In this document: in pieces, positions 62,125 to 64,000 of the stretch | Numbering within the stretch: position 1 is the stretch's first letter | Layout of the letters: every line of letters starts with the position of its first letter | NCBI GenBank assembly: GCA_965219955.1 | Contig: OZ244799.1 | Span: forward strand, 320,001 to 384,000 | Origin: a bacterium | GTDB lineage: Bacteria > UBA8248 | Direction of reading: 5' to 3' | DNA length: 64,000 bases | Notes under the pieces: generated by a model | What the model was told of the DNA's origin: nothing | The model's input: the letters and a program-made list of their open reading frames with translations, nothing else | Database searches by the model: none | Position numbers and translations under genes: made by a program

Positions 62125-63246
62125 ATGGAAGATGTGCGCGTGGAGCGGATGGCGGAGATCATCACGGGGTATTCCTCAAAAATCAAGCGGGGCGATCTCG
62201 TGGGCATCCGGGGCAGCACGGCCGCCGCACCCCTGTTGCGCGCGCTCTACGCCGAGTGCGTCCGCCGCGGCGCGCACGTCTCCGCCGAGGTGTCGCTGCC
62301 GGGGCTGGAAGAGATTTTCTACGAGCACGCCACCCGCAGGCAGCTGGAGTTCCTCTCGCCGGTGCGGAAGTTCGAGATTGAGACCCTGGACGTCGTCATC
62401 TCCATACTCTCTGAGACGAACACCCGGCGGCTCTCGGGCGCGGACCCGAAGAAACAGGCGGTGATGTCCAAAGCCAGGCAGCCCGTCATGGAGACGTTCA
62501 TGAAGCGCGCCGCCCAGCACGAGAAAACGGGGAAGGGGGGTCTCCGGTGGACGCTCACCCTTTTCCCCACCGAAGCCTACGCCCAGGATGCGGAGATGGG
62601 CATCCGCGAATACGAGGATTTCGTCTTCAGCGCCTGTTTCGCGAATGAAGAAGGCGGCATCAGGCGCTGGCGGGCGCAGGACAGGCATCAGGCGCGGGTG
62701 ATTCGTTATCTCAGGGGCCGTAAAGTCGTGGAAATCGGAGCGCCGGGCACGGACCTTCGCGTCGGCATCGCGGGGCGTCCGTTCATGAACTGCTCGGGGC
62801 ACAACAATTTCCCGGACGGCGAGGTCTTCACCGGCCCGCAGGAGAACAGGATCGACGGAAAGATTCGCTATTCCTTTCCCGCCTGCATCTCGGGGCGCGA
62901 GGTGGACGGCGTGGAGCTGGCGTTCGAGAAGGGTGAGGTCGTGAAGGCGGCGGCGGAGAAGAACGAGGCGTTTTTGAAATCCATGATCGGCATGGACGAA
63001 GGCGCCAGGCGGGTGGGGGAGTTCGCCTTCGGTCTCAACGCCGGTATCCAGCGCTTCACGAAGAACACGCTGTTCGACGAGAAGATCGGCGGCACGCTGC
63101 ATCTGGCACTGGGCAAGGGCTATCCACAGAGCGGTTCGAAAAACAACTCCGCCCTCCACTGGGACATGGTGTGCGATTTAAGGGACGGCGGCGAGGTCTA
63201 CGTGGACGGAAAGCTCTTCTCGAAAGACGGGGAACTCCGGATTTAG
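62125..63246 (+). CDS. Aminopeptidase, peptidase family M29 (AmpS/AmpT-like)
   Basis: NFPDGEVFTGP, RRVGEFAFG, LFDEKIGGTLHLALG, SALHWDM. Confidence 0.93.
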   Translation: MEDVRVERMAEIITGYSSKIKRGDLVGIRGSTAAAPLLRALYAECVRRGAHVSAEVSLPGLEEIFYEHATRRQLEFLSPVRKFEIETLDVVISILSETNTRRLSGADPKKQAVMSKARQPVMETFMKRAAQHEKTGKGGLRWTLTLFPTEAYAQDAEMGIREYEDFVFSACFANEEGGIRRWRAQDRHQARVIRYLRGRKVVEIGAPGTDLRVGIAGRPFMNCSGHNNFPDGEVFTGPQENRIDGKIRYSFPACISGREVDGVELAFEKGEVVKAAAEKNEAFLKSMIGMDEGARRVGEFAFGLNAGIQRFTKNTLFDEKIGGTLHLALGKGYPQSGSKNNSALHWDMVCDLRDGGEVYVDGKLFSKDGELRI

Positions 63247-63343
63247 CCGATAGATGAAAGGCGGCGCGGGTGGGCTTCGGGTGTGGAAGCCGGACCCGCA
63301 AGATGCTATTCTCCACGCGCTGTTTATGGGTGCACACCTACAG

Positions 63344-63419
63344 GGGCGGGTAGCTCAGCTGGAAGAGCGGTGCCCTTACAAGGCATAGGTCGGAGGTTCG
63401 AACCCTCTCCCGCCCACCA
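63344..63419 (+). tRNA. tRNA-Val(TAC)
   Basis: GGGCGGG/CCCGCCC acceptor stem, D-arm TAGCTCAGCTGG, anticodon arm GTGCC-CTTACAA-GGCAT, GGTTCGAA T-loop, encoded CCA; TGCTATTCT extended -10 upstream. Confidence 0.97.
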
Positions 63420-63525
63420 GATACAGATGAGTTGCAGGCAGGTGACTTCGCTAGGTTTCTAAAGCTTCGACCGTTCCACCAGGGGCTGTTGAAAAATCCT
63501 CTCTTAGCTTGGGATTGACCACCGT

Positions 63526-63671
63526 CGTCATTCCGGCGAAAGCCGGAATCCATTTTCAAGCAGAAAGGCAATACGCCGGCTTTTCATCTCCTCGTCATTG
63601 GCGGGAACCAATCAGGAAATAATAAAAACAAAGGCAAAACAAAATGGATTCCGGCTTTCGCCGGAATGACG
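63526..63671. repeat. REP-like doublet type C (perfect 31-bp inverted pair)
   Basis: cgtcattccggcgaaagccggaatccatttt (63526-63556) and its exact reverse complement (63641-63671). Confidence 0.9.
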
Positions 63672-63711
63672 GTGAGTAATCTCGAAGGTCGGCAATCACT
63701 CCCCCCTTGAG

Positions 63712-63972
63712 GGGGTTGTTGAAAAAGCCCGAGGAGAGAGGAATCACTCCCCCCTTGAGGGGGAGTCGAAGAGGCCGAGCGTTTTTTGCGAAGGCCGATT
63801 CGGTGGGGGGTAAAATGCGTTTTATCGCCATTCCGGATTATCCCCCCACCGGTTCGCTTGCGGGCTTGCGCCCTTACCTCACCGACTCCCCCTCAAGGGG
63901 GGAGTGATTTTTCTCTCTCGTCGGTCGGTTACACACGACAAATCCAGAGTTGCAGGCTTTTTCAACAACTCC
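63712..63972. mobile_element. Inner MITE-like element carrying REP-like doublet type D
   Basis: TIRs GGGGTTGTTGAAAAA (63712-63726) / TTTTTCAACAACTCC (63958-63972); internal perfect 27-bp inverted pair 63742-63768 / 63883-63909. Confidence 0.78.
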
Positions 63973-64000
63973 CTCAAGGGGGGGAGTGAATTTCCCCTCT

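Larger units (their letters stand above)
63482..64000. mobile_element. Outer MITE-like element after tRNA-Val (right end presumably beyond window)
   Basis: Left TIR GGGGCTGTTGAAAAA at 63482-63496, followed by a palindrome doublet and a nested element. Confidence 0.6.

Noticed and set aside
63420-63481. att site or tRNA 3' duplication (ttcgaccgttccacca) and 11-bp direct repeat gagttgcaggc at 63429 and 63947
   Set aside because: Matches are too short and there is no integrase in the window; cannot be distinguished from chance.
60540-64000. CRISPR array
   Set aside because: Repeats are inverted pairs at irregular spacing, with no direct repeat-spacer periodicity and no cas genes.

Overview
Bacterial chromosome segment, apparently from a diderm (Gram-negative) organism. 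The gene order (smc-ftsY; uvrB-uvrC-lnt-prfB-lysS-lolC/E-lolD-clpC-bamA-skp-lpxD-fabZ-lpxA) is reminiscent of Nitrospinota/Nitrospirota/Deltaproteobacteria-like lineages, but this is inference only. Bases ~1-45000 are housekeeping: chromosome segregation, excision repair, prfB with a programmed +1 frameshift, and a large outer-membrane/lipid A/LPS-core cluster including lpxI, a GnnA-like dehydrogenase and a DUF374/LpxJ-like acyltransferase. Bases ~45000-60400 are an accessory metabolic/redox region: atypical amidohydrolase, MFS and ABC transporters, two D-2-hydroxyacid dehydrogenases, a TIP/AQP8-like aquaporin, a TcuA-like flavoprotein, a CCG Fe-S protein, a Tat-exported dioxygenase-like protein, a VOC protein and an unknown two-repeat protein. 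The best signals missed by the ORF track are: (1) an OsmC/Ohr-fold gene split by an in-frame UGA at the first conserved-Cys position and followed by a SECIS-like hairpin, a probable selenoprotein (54495-55073); and (2) a family of ~200-260 bp non-coding elements bounded by 15-bp GGNNNTGTTGAAAAA inverted repeats. These elements carry different REP-like palindrome doublets as cargo, insert into loops of such palindromes (5-bp TTGAC target duplication in one case) and are nested inside each other at two loci (60883-61294 and after tRNA-Val, 63482 to window end). All calls are from manual motif reading; no database searches were run.
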